Positions 41,912-54,940 of a stretch of DNA of 64,000 nt are shown in pieces; positions within the stretch are counted from its first letter, which is position 1; each line of letters opens with the position of its first letter. This DNA comes from Eledone cirrhosa (lineage: Eukaryota). The notes beneath the pieces were generated by a model. The model saw only the letters and a program-made list of their open reading frames with translations. It ran no database searches and was not told where the DNA came from. The DNA lies in the NCBI GenBank assembly GCA_964016885.1, contig OZ024743.1, forward strand, positions 123,938,001 through 124,002,000. The letters run 5' to 3'. Both the position numbers and the translations under genes were made by a program.

Positions 41912-41913
<2 letters not shown>
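40204..41913 (+). mobile_element. Probable composite Helitron with nested insertions and an internal ~30-bp tandem repeat (41575-41795)
   Basis: 5' A|TCTATACTAATAAAGCTG; degenerate Helitron-like 3' ends near 41843 and 41913; duplicated block at 40320-40440 and 41426-41535. Confidence 0.5.
40495..41250 (-). mobile_element. 3' fragment of a third Naiad-type PLE (GIY-YIG plus pLTR) with HHR at 40596-40633
   Basis: SCRKPEACPLQEKC, VVY..YVG, FKERFLNH, CGLC and CSH motifs; HHR cgag CTGAGGA .. GAAAC aatg GTT ctcg. Confidence 0.88.
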
Positions 41914-41944
<31 letters not shown>

Positions 41945-41945
<1 letters not shown>

Positions 41946-42830
41946 TACATGCCAACAAAAGAGCAAGAATGAGGGGCTCATTCTACTGATATGGCTTAAA
42001 AGAGGCTGTTTTCATAATTGCAAACGAATCGAATATTATTATTAATATTCGAAAACTCTGTGCTGGAAAGCATGCCGTAGAGGGTCGGACAACATGCTTT
42101 GCAGCACAGAGTTACGCCCCTTTCTGATCTGAGTTCAAATCCTGCCGAGGTTAATTTACCTTTCATCCTTACGGGATCGATAAAATAAAGTACCAGTAAT
42201 GCACTGGCATAATTGGTGGCCTTGTGCCAAAAGTAGAAACAATTATTAATATTCGAAAAGCTCAGATTACATTTATTATATTCAGCCATGTAGAGCGAAA
42301 AAAGTTTTCTATTTTATTTGAATTTGGCAAAGCCGGCCATTTATCGCTCGTATACAGGAAACTGACTGGCCAGTCTGCTGATATGCAAATCTGGCTGATC
42401 AGTGGATCTGCTAATATGCAGATCTGACTGATCAGCCAGTCTGCTAATATGCAAATCAGGCCGATCAGTCACTGTGTATTTATGAAAATAGCATATATTT
42501 TCACTAGCTTTGACAGTTTGGCATGTGAACGGTGGGCTGTACTGATGAAGTGTGATGCCCAGAAACATTAGTATCTGCAGTTCTGTTCACATGTCAACAC
42601 AAGAGCAAGAATGAAGGGTTCATTCTACTGACATGGCTATAAAATTGAGGCTTGTTTGCATAATTGCAAACGAATCGAATGTTACCCGCCGAGGTTAACT
42701 TTGCCTTTCATCCTTACGGGGTCGATAAAATTGCTGGCCTTGTTCCTATATAAGAAATCATTATTAATATTCGAAAAACTCAGATTACATTTATTGTATT
42801 CAGCCATGTAGAGCGAAAAAGTTTTCTTTT
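41945..42830 (+). mobile_element. Retrozyme-like subfamily B: ~1.4 tandem units, each carrying SINE S1; partial inverted copy at 39950-40190
   Basis: Direct repeat at ~41945 and ~42587; homology to subfamily A around CAGCC/T..TAG.GCGA.AAA; 33-bp octamer repeat at 42361-42470; HHR at 42536-42581. Confidence 0.72.
42536..42581 (+). ncRNA. Type I hammerhead-like motif with long extended stem I
   Basis: gctgta CTGATGA agtgtgatgccca GAAAC atta GTA tc tgcagt; outer stem ttggcatgtgaacgg/ctgttcacatgtcaa. Confidence 0.7.
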
Positions 42831-42863
42831 TTTTATTATATATATATAGGAAAATTATGTGTG

Positions 42864-42915
<52 letters not shown>

Positions 42916-42983
42916 CATACATACATACATACATACATACATACATACATACATACATACATACATACATACATACATACATA

Positions 42984-45900
42984 GACAGTCAACGCGATCA
43001 GTCGCATATTTTGGCGTGGGAGACTATTTATTAAATATAAGACAGTAATGCCACAACTACAGTCAGGTTGAATAACTGATTATTCTTCTAACTATCCCTT
43101 CTGAAGATACCTTTTATTCGAATTCGTAGAGATATCCGACTAAATACATAATTAATTTCACAAGGATTTGCTACAAACAGCATAGCTGAACACAACATCA
43201 ACAAAAAAATTAAGGAAGTACAGAAGACAAATAAGAAGGAAGGTAATCAAACTTTATTCAGTTGTAGCTACAGAAGAAACCGAAATTATAAATCGCATTT
43301 CTCTTGGAGTTGCGAACATAATAATGATTTATTTAATTGTTATAAAATGGCAAAAAACAATCCCTCCATTAGCTATATGGATAGAATGAAGCTACACTGG
43401 GACGAAATGCACCCAGAGCTAAATTATTTCACAGCGAAACAATTACGCCAACAAGCGACGTTTGTTGAACGTAAAAATAAGAAAAATATTATTAATTGTA
43501 AGTCCTCCACAACAAACATGTTATCAACAACACGTGCTACAGGACGCCATGCTACTAGACTTCCTAGCAACTAGGTCGAACAGCGTCTTGAAACAACTAT
43601 GCCTGTAAGAAACTTGACACCACCTGTACCATCTAAGTCTACCTCGAATGCTGGGGAAAACACTATCGATAATAATAATAATAATCGAAGAAATTTGACA
43701 CCACGTGTACCATCCGGGTCTACCTCGACTATTGGGGAAAATACTATCGATAATGATAATCAAAAGTTTAACAATTGAAAATTTCCCTCAACGAAATCTT
43801 CCAGAGAGAAATTAACTCATGTATAAATATCTCTCTTGCTGAACGTGTTGAAACAACAATGTTTAATAAAAAACCAAATAATGAAATACTACGTGTTATT
43901 GACGAAATAGGGGATGAATATTTACGACGGATAAAAACCACAACATTTTGGCAAATCAACGCCTGTTTATACGCCCTAGCAACGACAGTGAAGCATTATC
44001 TTGGTGATAGCAGAGATATTAACAAGAACAAAACACCATCAAAAATACCATCATATATAACTAAAATAGAAAAAAAGATTGCTGACCTACGAAAAAACAT
44101 AGGATATGTGACAATGCTCCTTACATGCAAACAAACACAAAAAAAACTCACTCCTCGCCAACAAAGAGTGAAAAATAAAATAAAGACGATGTTTGGTAAC
44201 AGTAGAACCAAAACTCTCCAATATAAGCTGATCATCCTCAAACAAGAATTGAGAGCTGTTAACGAAAAACGCCGATACCTGAAGAAGGTAGATGAGAGAA
44301 AAGTGCTTAATAAAAGATTCAGACGAAACCAAACATCAGTCTATAGAGATATGAAGGGCAAAATAATAAGTGTCACTGAGGCCCCATCCCAGAAAGACAT
44401 AGATTCCTTTTGGAGCAAAATATGGGGTGAAAAGAAGAATTTCAACCAAGATGCAGTGTGGCTAAGAGAAATCCGAAAGAACTATTGCTCCTACACTACA
44501 ACAAAAACATACGAAATAAGTGAGGGTACCCTTGAGACTGTGATAGGAAAACTCCAAGATAAGAAAACACCAGGAAGAGACATGATTGTCGGCTACTGGT
44601 ACAAAAAACTGATATTCTATCGGAGGTATCTTACCAACAAGTTCTTAAGGGAGATACACTTATACCAGAATGGTTGACATTAGCACAAACATTACTGGTC
44701 CCCAAGAACAAAGACACCCACTTGGCAAAAAACTACCGACCCATTGCATGCCAAAACCTGATGTATAAGATGTATACAGCCTGCCTGAACCTATTCCTCC
44801 AAGATCACTGTGAAAATAATAACATCATCACAGATGAACAAGCAGCTGGAAAGAAATGGGTTTGGGGATGTGCTGAACAACTCATAATCAACAAAACTGC
44901 GATGTCGGAGGTGCGACAACTTAGGAGGAATATGGCTACAGCCTGGCTGGACTACAGTAAAGCTTTAGATTCTGTGTCCCACTCTTGGATGATAGAGGCC
45001 CTCCAACTTGCTAAAGTCCCAGACATTATTGTCAGAGCCATAGAGAGGCTGTCTTCTTCTTGGGCTACTATCCTAAGGTTAAAGACAGAGAGAGAGAACT
45101 CTATTTTCACTGGTAAAATATTGCAGGGGTATATTTCAGGGGGACAGTCTCTCTGTGATATTATTCATCTTGTCATTAAACCCCTTGTCCTTTCTGCTCA
45201 AGAAATGTGAGGGATACATCATTGACTCACAGGAGGACATAAATACGAACCTAACCCATATTTTCTTTGTGGATGATCTGAAACTCTATGCCAAGAACAT
45301 GGATGGGATGAAGAAAAATCTTGACCTGGTTACAATGTTCTCAAAGGATATAGGAATGGAGTTTGGCCAAGATAAATGCTCATATATGACTGTAAAGCGG
45401 GGAAAAACAACAATCCAATCTAGCAACATTGTCATCATTGGCCTAACTGTTTCACCGATATCTGATGAGGACTGCTTCAGAAACCTGGGGATAGATGAGA
45501 ACATATCCTATAATGGTATTTGTAATAAAGAACGCGTAACCAGGGAATACTACATCCGATTAAGAAAGATCTGGTCATCGGAACTCTCTGCGCAAAACAA
45601 AACAGTGGCTCACAATTTGTTTGCTGTGCCTGTCCTAACACCAACGTTTGGAATACTCAATTGGACGATAGACGAAATCCGAGCAGTTGATGTTGGAACT
45701 CGAAAAATACTGAACAACACCGGAAACTTCCACATCAACAGTGACATAGACCGCCTTTACTTGAAACGTAAGCAGGGAGGCAGAGGCCTAACATCAGTCC
45801 AGACAACATTTGAATGTCGCATCATATCTCTCCGACAACATCTACGAACCTCGAAGCGTAGGAGCCCGTTTCTCGAGCAAGTCTATCTGCATGAAACAGA

Positions 45901-47070
45901 TAAGATCATGAGAGTTGGGAAGGAACTCCTCGACAGATATTCCCTGAGTGATAATCAAAACCTCACACCCAGGGAAGTCGCTCAGCAGTATCGCAGTGAA
46001 TCCATGGATGAAAAACTGCATGCCTATCAGCAAAAAATCATGCATGGATATGTTGCCAGGAAACTCCAGAGTGAGAGTAATATAGATAAGGAAAGTAGTC
46101 TATCTTGGACCAACAACCGCTATATTGGCTCTCACTTTGAAGGATACGCTTTTGCAATCCAGGAACAGGAGATTAGCACGAAATACCTGATTCACAAAAG
46201 AGATAGGGATGCAGGCAAAACACCTAGATGTGATAACAAGTGCAGACTCTGCAGAACTAACATCTAGGATATCACCCATGTCATCAGCAGCTGTCCAAAG
46301 ATGTCATCGCAGTACTATCTACCTATGAGGCATGATGTAGTGGCTAAAACACTGTACAATGCAGTTCGTAAAAAAGATAGCCCCGATAATAAACACATTA
46401 AAAGTTACAGCAATGTGAAAGACATCCATGTACATAATATGAAAGAGTACTGGTAGAATGTTCCAGTAAAACCCCAATAAAATGCAGGCATAACAGACCA
46501 GATATTATGATATGGGACAGGGAGAAGAAAGCATGCACAGTAGTGTAAATTAGCTGCCCAGCAGATGCCAATATAATATCAAAGATTAGTGAAAAGTAGA
46601 ACATTTATGCAGAACTGATGAGAAATCTGCAGATACTCCACCCTGATTACACCTTCAGATTTATGCCTGTGATTATTGGGGCACTGGGATATGTTAGTAA
46701 CTGCCGCAATACAAATCTTGAGAAGCTAGGCTTCACAGGAACAGAAAGATCACAACTAGTTAGGAAACTACAAGTACAATCCATTAATGGAACACTAAAA
46801 ATATGTAAAACATTCCAAACATTTTGCATCTAATAACTGCATATACACATATACAGATGCAAAGCATATACACATGCACACATACAACTCAAAACATACA
46901 CATCCACACATACAATAACATCCATATCTACACATGCATGCATGCAGACATACATACATATCTACCTAGTTGATGTTGTGTAAATTGCAATGAGAGAGTC
47001 TTGTGTCTATATTAGAAACCGACTCTCTCTCTATTAGTAAAACCATGTGAAATTATAAAACCAGAAGAAC
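42984..47070 (+). mobile_element. Near-full-length R4/Dong-like non-LTR retrotransposon (RT plus restriction-like endonuclease), disrupted
   Basis: N-terminal YMDRMKLHWDEMHP; RT motifs KTPGRD, NYRPIAC, WLDYSKALDSV, GDSL, FFVDDLKLY, GGRGL; C-terminal CRLC..HVISSC..RHD, RPDI and PVIIGALG; (CATA)n on both flanks. Confidence 0.92.
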
Positions 47071-47231
47071 ATACATACATAATTACATGTATATGTATGC
47101 GTATAGTGGATTGTATAGTTTTTTCGTATATACTGGGTTTTTTTTAAGTGACACACCTACCATTAAGTTTTAAATTTCTACAAGATCCTTCTTACGAATT
47201 CTCCCTTTCATTCTTTCCTCTGTCTTTCTCC

Positions 47232-47269
<38 letters not shown>

Positions 47270-48673
47270 TAACTTTTTTTAATCGCCAACGTGCGCTTTT
47301 CGATTTACTTCTCATTTTTTTTTTAGTTATTTTTGGCTTTGTTGTTTGTTTTTTTTATGTGTTATTTATATCTTTCACTTTTTTCTTACTGTATATTACG
47401 TTGCAAACTTTTTGTGAATGAACGAAATTCTGACAGCGTTTTAACCAACTATTTTTTCTCTACTTTTTTCTCTCCTGTTTCTCCATATCTTTTTCTCTCT
47501 TCCTCTTTCTCAGTCTTTTTTTTTTTCTCGCCTACTTTTTATCATTCTCTGATTTTCTCTTGTTTGCTTACGTTTGTTTGTATTTTTTTTTTTTTTTTTT
47601 CTTATTTTTCTTTCTTTTTTTTTTCTTTCTTTTCTTATTTCCTCATATCTATTTATGAATGAATTGGATTCTGAAAGTGTTTAAATTCAAATTTGTTTTT
47701 GTTCCTTTTTTTTTTTTGCTGATTATTATTATTATTTCTTTAGTACCAGTAATGCACTGGGTAATTGCTGGCCTTGTGCCTAAAGTAGAAACAATTATTT
47801 CTTTTTTGTTATCTCTGTCTCTCTATGTCCTCGTCTCTTTATTCATCTCTTATATTCTCTCTCTTATGTTTATAGATTTTCTTCTCATACTCTTTAATAT
47901 TCTAACAATTAAATTGTAGTGGTTAGTTATAACTCCCTACATTCTGAGTTCAAATCCCGCCGATGTCAAATTTGCCTTTCATCCTTCCGTGGGTCGATAA
48001 AATAAAGTACCAGTCAAGTACAGGGATTATTTAGTCAACTTTACCCTTCTCGCAAATTTGCTGACCTTGTACCTAAATTTGTAATCAATATTTAATTTAT
48101 TAAATTGCCGTATTTCGTTAGGAGATTCTACACATAGGACAAAACGTTTTACGGTATTTAATATTTTATTATATTTTGTAGATAATATAATTGTTTCTAG
48201 TTTTGGCACAAGGCCAGCAATTACCCTAGTGTATTATTGGTACTTTATTTTATCAACTCCGTAAGGAGGAAAGGCAAAGTTAACCTCGGCGGGATTTGAA
48301 CTCAGATCATAAAGGACTGTAACTCTATGCTGTAAAACATGGCGTCCGACCCTCTACCGATACTGCCAATCCAAACACAAATATATATATATATGATATA
48401 TACAAATATAAACGCATAAAAGAGAGATTTTTTAAAAAAACATAAAAAAGAAGGGAAATAGAGGGGGGCATTCACCACCAAGTGTGATAATCGACTCTAT
48501 ACGTCCTGAGTTCAAACAGTATTGATATATTTGCATTTCATCGTTCCGAGTCGATAAAGTAAGATAGCAGCTAAGTTCTGAGGTTGGCTTAATCACCTTT
48601 GCCTTTCTCCCAAATTTGCTGGCCTTGTGCCTAAATTAGAAATCAGTACTATATCTATTAACATAACTTACAG

Positions 48674-48892
48674 TAGGCATGTCAAAGATGCGGTACGCGG
48701 GCTGCATGCAGCCTTTTACAAGCACACCAGCGGCCGCAGAAAGAGTTTTACAGCGCGAGCATGTTTTATTTTTGTAATATAAAATTTTTAAAAAATAGTT
48801 ATAATATGTGCAATTAGTTGTCGTGTGTGGCCCTCAGACAACACATATGTGACCCATCTGACCCTCGAGAGACCCCCAGTTTGACATGCCTG
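48674..48892. mobile_element. hAT MITE
   Basis: TIRs TAGGCATGTCAAA / TTTGACATGCCTG; TSD acttacag / acttagag. Confidence 0.88.
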
Positions 48893-49403
48893 ACTTAGAG
48901 CATGTTTACTCTGTTTGTCCGTGTCCCCAGGAACGCCGAATGTATATTTTTATATACGTATGAATCTATTGTTCTGTCTATTTGACTGGCTGTGGCTGTT
49001 ATTGTTTTTTTATAGTTGTTAAGACTCATATTTGTGCAGGTTTGGCTGGTCTTTTATGTAGTTGCATCTCACAGGAAGCTCCGTGTGTGTTTTGATGATA
49101 GAACATCAAATGCGGTCCTGTTATCATTTTTCCAGAGACAGAATGTACGGAGAAAGGAAAAATACCATAAGATTCTAAAAGTTCTGATGTTCTCATAACG
49201 TTTTATATCTTGGAGATGATACAGTAAAAACTCCAATGGAAGTTTTAGGAAATTTATTGTTCAAAATGAAATGCAAGGGGATCCTATAAAAATATGAACA
49301 AATTTACTTTAAAAAATAAAACTAGAACATATAGTCATGTTTTTAATACAATTCTTACCGACAGACACTCATATAAATATATATATGTATGCATGTATGT
49401 ATG

Positions 49404-49458
<55 letters not shown>

Positions 49459-49528
49459 TTGTGTGTGTGTGTATATATATTTATATATATTATCATATAT
49501 TCATATATATTATATATACGTTTGTATG

Positions 49529-49572
<44 letters not shown>

Positions 49573-50232
49573 TGTGTATATATATATTTACACGCGCATA
49601 TATATGTGTGTGTGTATGTGTTTGTGCGTTCGTGGGTATGTATGTATGTGTGTGTGTGTGTGTGCGTGTGTGTACGCGTGTGTGTGTGTGTATGTGTATA
49701 TGTATGCCACCCACTGTGATGAATAGAACTCTTTCGTCTAGTTCCTCTACATCTTATCTGAAAAATCTTCTATCATCTCTGCATATAACAGTGCATGTTA
49801 ACTTTAGGTGCTAAAACGTTCTGCTACTTCGTCCGTGACCTCCCATATCAAACCTGCTAGCAAATGCCATCAAAACTTTGATAATATTTCCACAAACATT
49901 TCAACTCTCTTAGTGATCTGACATGTGCCATAAAATCTTATAAAAGCACGGAAGCCTAAGAATAATGTAAAGTTATTATTGTCAATTTGTAGATAACTAA
50001 TCACATGAAAAGACTTTTCCTTTGAGGAGAGATATCGTTTATGTTTTTACTCTTCAGATGGTGAATCTAAAAACAATACATAGGAACTTAGACTCACAGA
50101 TTGATATAAAGATACACAGACATTTACCGAGGCGTTTGGTTGATTCGAGAAATTATAAATGTTGAAATCCAAACACAGATTCATTACAATGATCAAACGC
50201 CACAATAAATGGTAAGAGAAACGTTTGTCAGC

Positions 50233-50305
50233 AGCCATTTGGTGTAAAGGTAGCGCACTTGTCCGGAATCCAAGAGATACAGGATTCGATTCTATGTAGT
50301 GGCTG
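50233..50305 (+). pseudogene. tRNA-like sequence (degenerate cloverleaf, GGA at the anticodon position) inside an inverted repeat
   Basis: Acceptor stem agccatt/agtggct; D stem gtgt/gcgc; A box TGGTGTAAAGGT; B-box-like GGATTCGATTC; imperfect anticodon and T stems. Confidence 0.6.
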
Positions 50306-50449
50306 CTGTTCACATATTTTCTGACCCTAAGGTTATTTTATGTGGTTTTCAAACGCTATGGTCATTATAGCGAATCTATGTTTGAATTTTTAACATTTCT
50401 AATTTCAAATCATCCAAATGCCTCCATAAATCGTAATATATATATAATG

Positions 50450-50765
50450 GGTAAAGACTCCCTTCGGTTGCGAAAGACCATGAGTTTTGCACCTACCAAG
50501 TTCCGCTCCGAGGCACAAGTCCGGGCAAGTTTGTTTATGGAAGACCAGCAGTCGCTTATGCATACCAGTCTCCCATCTCCATGCTAACGACATTGTCCAA
50601 GGGAAAGGGAAAGGCCGATACAGCTTGGGACCAGTGACGTTGCAATTCATTTCTACAGTTGAGTGAACTGGAGCAACGTGAAATAAAATGTCTTGCTTAA
50701 GGACACAACTCACCGCCCGGTTTGGGAATCAAACTCACAATCTCACGATTGTAAGGCCGACTCTC

Positions 50766-50768
<3 letters not shown>
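50450..50768 (-). mobile_element. tRNA-derived SINE (family S4) sharing the S2/S3 core
   Basis: Minus strand reads GAGTTTGATTCCC..GTGTCCTTAAGCAAGACATTTTATTTCACGTTGCTCCAGTTCACTCAACTG with a distinct 3' body. Confidence 0.75.
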
Positions 50769-50827
<59 letters not shown>

Positions 50828-50911
50828 GAGAAAAAAGAATACTGCGTGCTTGCACATGGGTTACATATGATAAAAATAGTCCTTCGTCAGTGATTTTCCA
50901 ACCTTCATTGG

Positions 50912-50983
<72 letters not shown>

Positions 50984-51001
50984 TTGTGTGTGTATGTAAA
51001 T

Positions 51002-51106
<105 letters not shown>

Positions 51107-51439
51107 ATTTCCGTCTATCTATCTCATTTCTAATAAATACATCAACCCACAGTCTATATTCTAGTTACTTAAGTTTAATATGAATTAAGTACAATTCATA
51201 AAACAAGATAAATGTATATGTTTCCAGATTTGAAATGTAAGGACACTTATTAGCATCTCTGTCGTCTGCTGCGGCTGATGATTTTATCATGTGATATTAT
51301 CACAGTAATATCAGACAATAAGGTGTCGCTGTAATGTTTGCTAATAGACTTTCACAATAACGAATGATTTAAGAGAAATCCTAAATTCAAAATGTGACGG
51401 CTTCATTAATTCTTTCTGAAATATCTCCTCTATACAGTA

Positions 51440-53200
51440 GAGCGCGGGCTTTCTCAACCAGAATTGAATTCCTCCCCGTGATGAATTTTAAGATTTCCAG
51501 GAGAATTGGTTCCAATATTAAATCTATAGAACTGTAATATTTTTCTGATTTTATCTTAAGTATTCAATAAATGTTATTGAATGTCACAAGTTATATTAAA
51601 AATAAAGGTAAAAATCTCGCTTATTTATGTAGAAATATTCTATTCATAGTTGTTTATGACAAAAAAAAAAGAGATACAATGATTCCTATATTCAATATGG
51701 ATTCATATATATATATATAATTACCAAAAGTGAAGAAAGACATCAGTATGCAAAGGATTCTACGAAACAAAAAATACATTTCTATAAAACAGCCAAAATT
51801 TGGTAAATGATTATATGAAACTAACGAAATTAAAGCATTTTCAGAGTGTTCATCCACAACATAAAGATGATAACAAAAGCATTGTTTAAAGTTATGGGAA
51901 TGCTCTCGAAAAGATGGAACTAAATTTACCATGGACATTGCAAGAAATGAACGAAAATATTATTGAAGCTCCTTGACCTAGCCGTAGAGAAAGCAAAATA
52001 GAAAACTTGGGGAACTTTAAATAAACATTTTCTTCTCGAAATAGTAAAAATTATGTTGCGAAAGGGATTGGAGAAAAAACTTTCAGCAGTTTCCTTATAA
52101 AACAGTACTATTCAAATGGAGATCAGTGATATGGTCATTGTCATCAAGGTCAAGTTATGCAGATCAAGACTAGCGATTGTTTTATTTTCAATTCAACTTG
52201 AATTGATTGATGTTGCAGGAGATTTCTTTCTTTGTTTTCCTCTCCAAACAGCTATCAGGGTCTTAAATATACAGTCTTTTATGGAATCGGTATATATTTC
52301 GTGGAATAATGTATGTAGGTGCTGCGTAAATGGAACTGGAGGAACAAAATCGGGATTTCAATTTTGTGTGAAAAAGTGAGTTCAAAACGTGACAAGCATT
52401 CGTTGATGATCCATCATCAGGACACTGGCTTCATAAATTCTTCCAATTCCACAAAGGAAGGATTTGGATCAAGTAATTCAAATTGTAAATGTTTGTCTCA
52501 AAGGAGAAGTTCTCAAGTTACAACTTTTTAAGCAGTTATGTATTGTTTCTTTTCTGCATAAAAGTTCAAATGCTTTCAAGAAAAATTGTAACTGAACGAG
52601 AATTTGAGCTCAGTGATCAGCTCAAATAATCTTTTAAAGAGCAGGGTAAAACGAAATTGCTTTTGTCTGACTGGATGATGAGAAATTAACCTTGAATCTG
52701 GCTAATATTTTTAAGGAACTGAATAAACTGGATCTTCAGGCTCGAAGAAGTATTACAAGCATCATAAAATGCGTTGATTGAAATTTGCAAGGGACAGGTC
52801 AGAAATTGAAAAAGTCGTCAATTTTTTTACAAAGTAGTGAAGAACAAGTGCTTCCGGACTTTTCTTGAACTTAGTTATTAGAAGTTTGATTTAGTGTGAA
52901 GCCTATTAAAATTGTGTTGAAAAGTTTCTGGTCAAGATGGATTTCTGAAATTGCAGAAGGATTCGAGAGTATAAAATACGTTCTATGAGAAATCAATCAC
53001 AGAATACGATTCCTATTCAAAGGTGACAAAAACAAACAATACATGCATTGCTTCCATTTCTGTCAACATATCCATTAGTCAGGCATGTCAATGAAGCAAC
53101 AAATTAGATCGCAAACTGAAACCTATCTGCTTTGTGCTATTTCAAACACTCCTAAAGTATCTATGAATTGGTGAAAAAAAACCAGCAATTATGAGTTTTT
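51440..53200 (+). mobile_element. Highly decayed hAT (Buster/Charlie-like) transposase remnant
   Basis: TIR-like GGGCTTTCTCAACC; remnants FSIQL..DVAG and HHQ..LAS. Confidence 0.6.
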
Positions 53201-54013
53201 TATTGACTGAAATTTTCATAAGAATAAAATGGATAGCAATACACTGGTATTCTGCTAAATTGAAGTATTTTCAATTTATTGAAGTATGGCTTCAGTAATT
53301 TAGTCTCTTAAGTAATTAATTATGAATATGAAAAAAATTGAAGTTTTATAATACACCATAATTTCACATTTCTATTAAATAATCGTTTCTTTACTAATAT
53401 GAAAAACATAAAAGGTTCTCAGCATCATATTATTTTATTCTTTATATTCCTTCACTGGTTTCAGCCATTGAACTCCGACAAGGCTGGAACACCGCCTTAT
53501 AGTCGGGTATATTAACCCAAGTACTTATTGTTCGAATCGAGTATATATATATACTGGTGGCTTAGTTCGAATCTAGCTATCGAAACGGCCGGAGCTCAGC
53601 CGTCGGGGTCCTGACTCTTTTCCTATATGTATAAAGAGAGAGAGAGACAGGGGGGGTTAGATAAATATATATATATATATAGTCCCAATAGTTTCCGAAG
53701 AATAGATCAAGGAAAAAGAGCGCACTATGTAATGTACAGATCCAAAGTATATCATATATATATAATATATATTTATTCAGGTTTGAGGTTCACCACTGTA
53801 TAGAGCTGGTCTATTCCGTATGGTCAATCGTAATGTAATAATATAGAGAGTAGGTCTATTCCGTATCTGACCGGTAGTAGCACACTGTAAACTTTAGCCA
53901 CGTCACTCGAGGGCGACCGGCTGAGGTTGAAGGAGCAGAATAGCGGTCACCCTCGGGTCCTCGATTTTCAGCCCCATGGATTTTATCTATTACATTCACG
54001 TATTATATTTCGA

Positions 54014-54071
54014 ATACCTGATGATATCACCGGATTCATACGGAACCCGGTCATTGAAATGATCATAGTAT
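54014..54071 (+). ncRNA. Type I hammerhead ribozyme in a PLE-like 3' end (~53770-54120)
   Basis: atac CTGATGA tatcaccgg..ccggtcatt GAAAT gatc ATA gtat AATAAA; palindromic stem III atgatcat. Confidence 0.85.
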
Positions 54072-54697
54072 AATAAACCTTTCAAGGATTTACACAAATC
54101 CAGCCTCCTGTCATTTCATTATATAATATATATATATATATTGACTGCCGAATAGCTTTTTTATATTTAACCACTCTGTCGAGAGCTTTATTCGATTTGT
54201 GATATTTTGCATTTTCGCAATATTATACACAACTGAATTCATTCGCCTAATTTAGGTATTGCCTCCCTTGCTGAACCCCACGTGGGGTCAGTTACAGACA
54301 CATCTGTATGGACTTTAGAACTGAATCCCGTTGACAATGCGCACTCCCAGTTCAGTCAGGATACAAGAAACTTAACATCCTTTATGTAGGTGGACAGTAA
54401 ATGACTTATGGAGCCGCAGAAACCCAAACACTGGACTTTACCATCATTCCAGGGGTCCGGGTAAGCTTTCAACCATTTATATTTTTATATATTTTTATAT
54501 CTGTATATCTGTTTGACCCGAAATAGGAGATCGAATCTTCGCTGTGTGGATGATTAGTTTAACCACCATCTCAGTGTGTTTGGCCTTTAACGTAAGTTGT
54601 AAGCTCTAATTCATATGAATTATAGAGCGCTTGCCTCACAACTCGAAAGTGATTCTCGTTAATTCATGGGCTGAAATTCGATTCTCGCTCATTTTTA

Positions 54698-54732
<35 letters not shown>

Positions 54733-54909
54733 GGAATCTTTAGAAGCAATCGTACGTGTGTATGTGCTAGATCTAGCTGTCGAAACGGCCGGAGCTCAGC
54801 CGTCGGGGTCCTGAATTTTTTCATATTACCCACTCTACTACCCCAAGTATCGAGTACTCTGGTGGATTCTGGTCCACCTAGTTTTTTTATCACACCCTAT
54901 CTGATATAA

Positions 54910-54940
<31 letters not shown>

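Noticed and set aside
42984-43140. Possible HDV-like ribozyme at the 5' end of the R4/Dong-like element
   Set aside because: Some helices are visible (atcagt/actgat, tggcgt/atgcca), but I could not build the nested double pseudoknot by eye.
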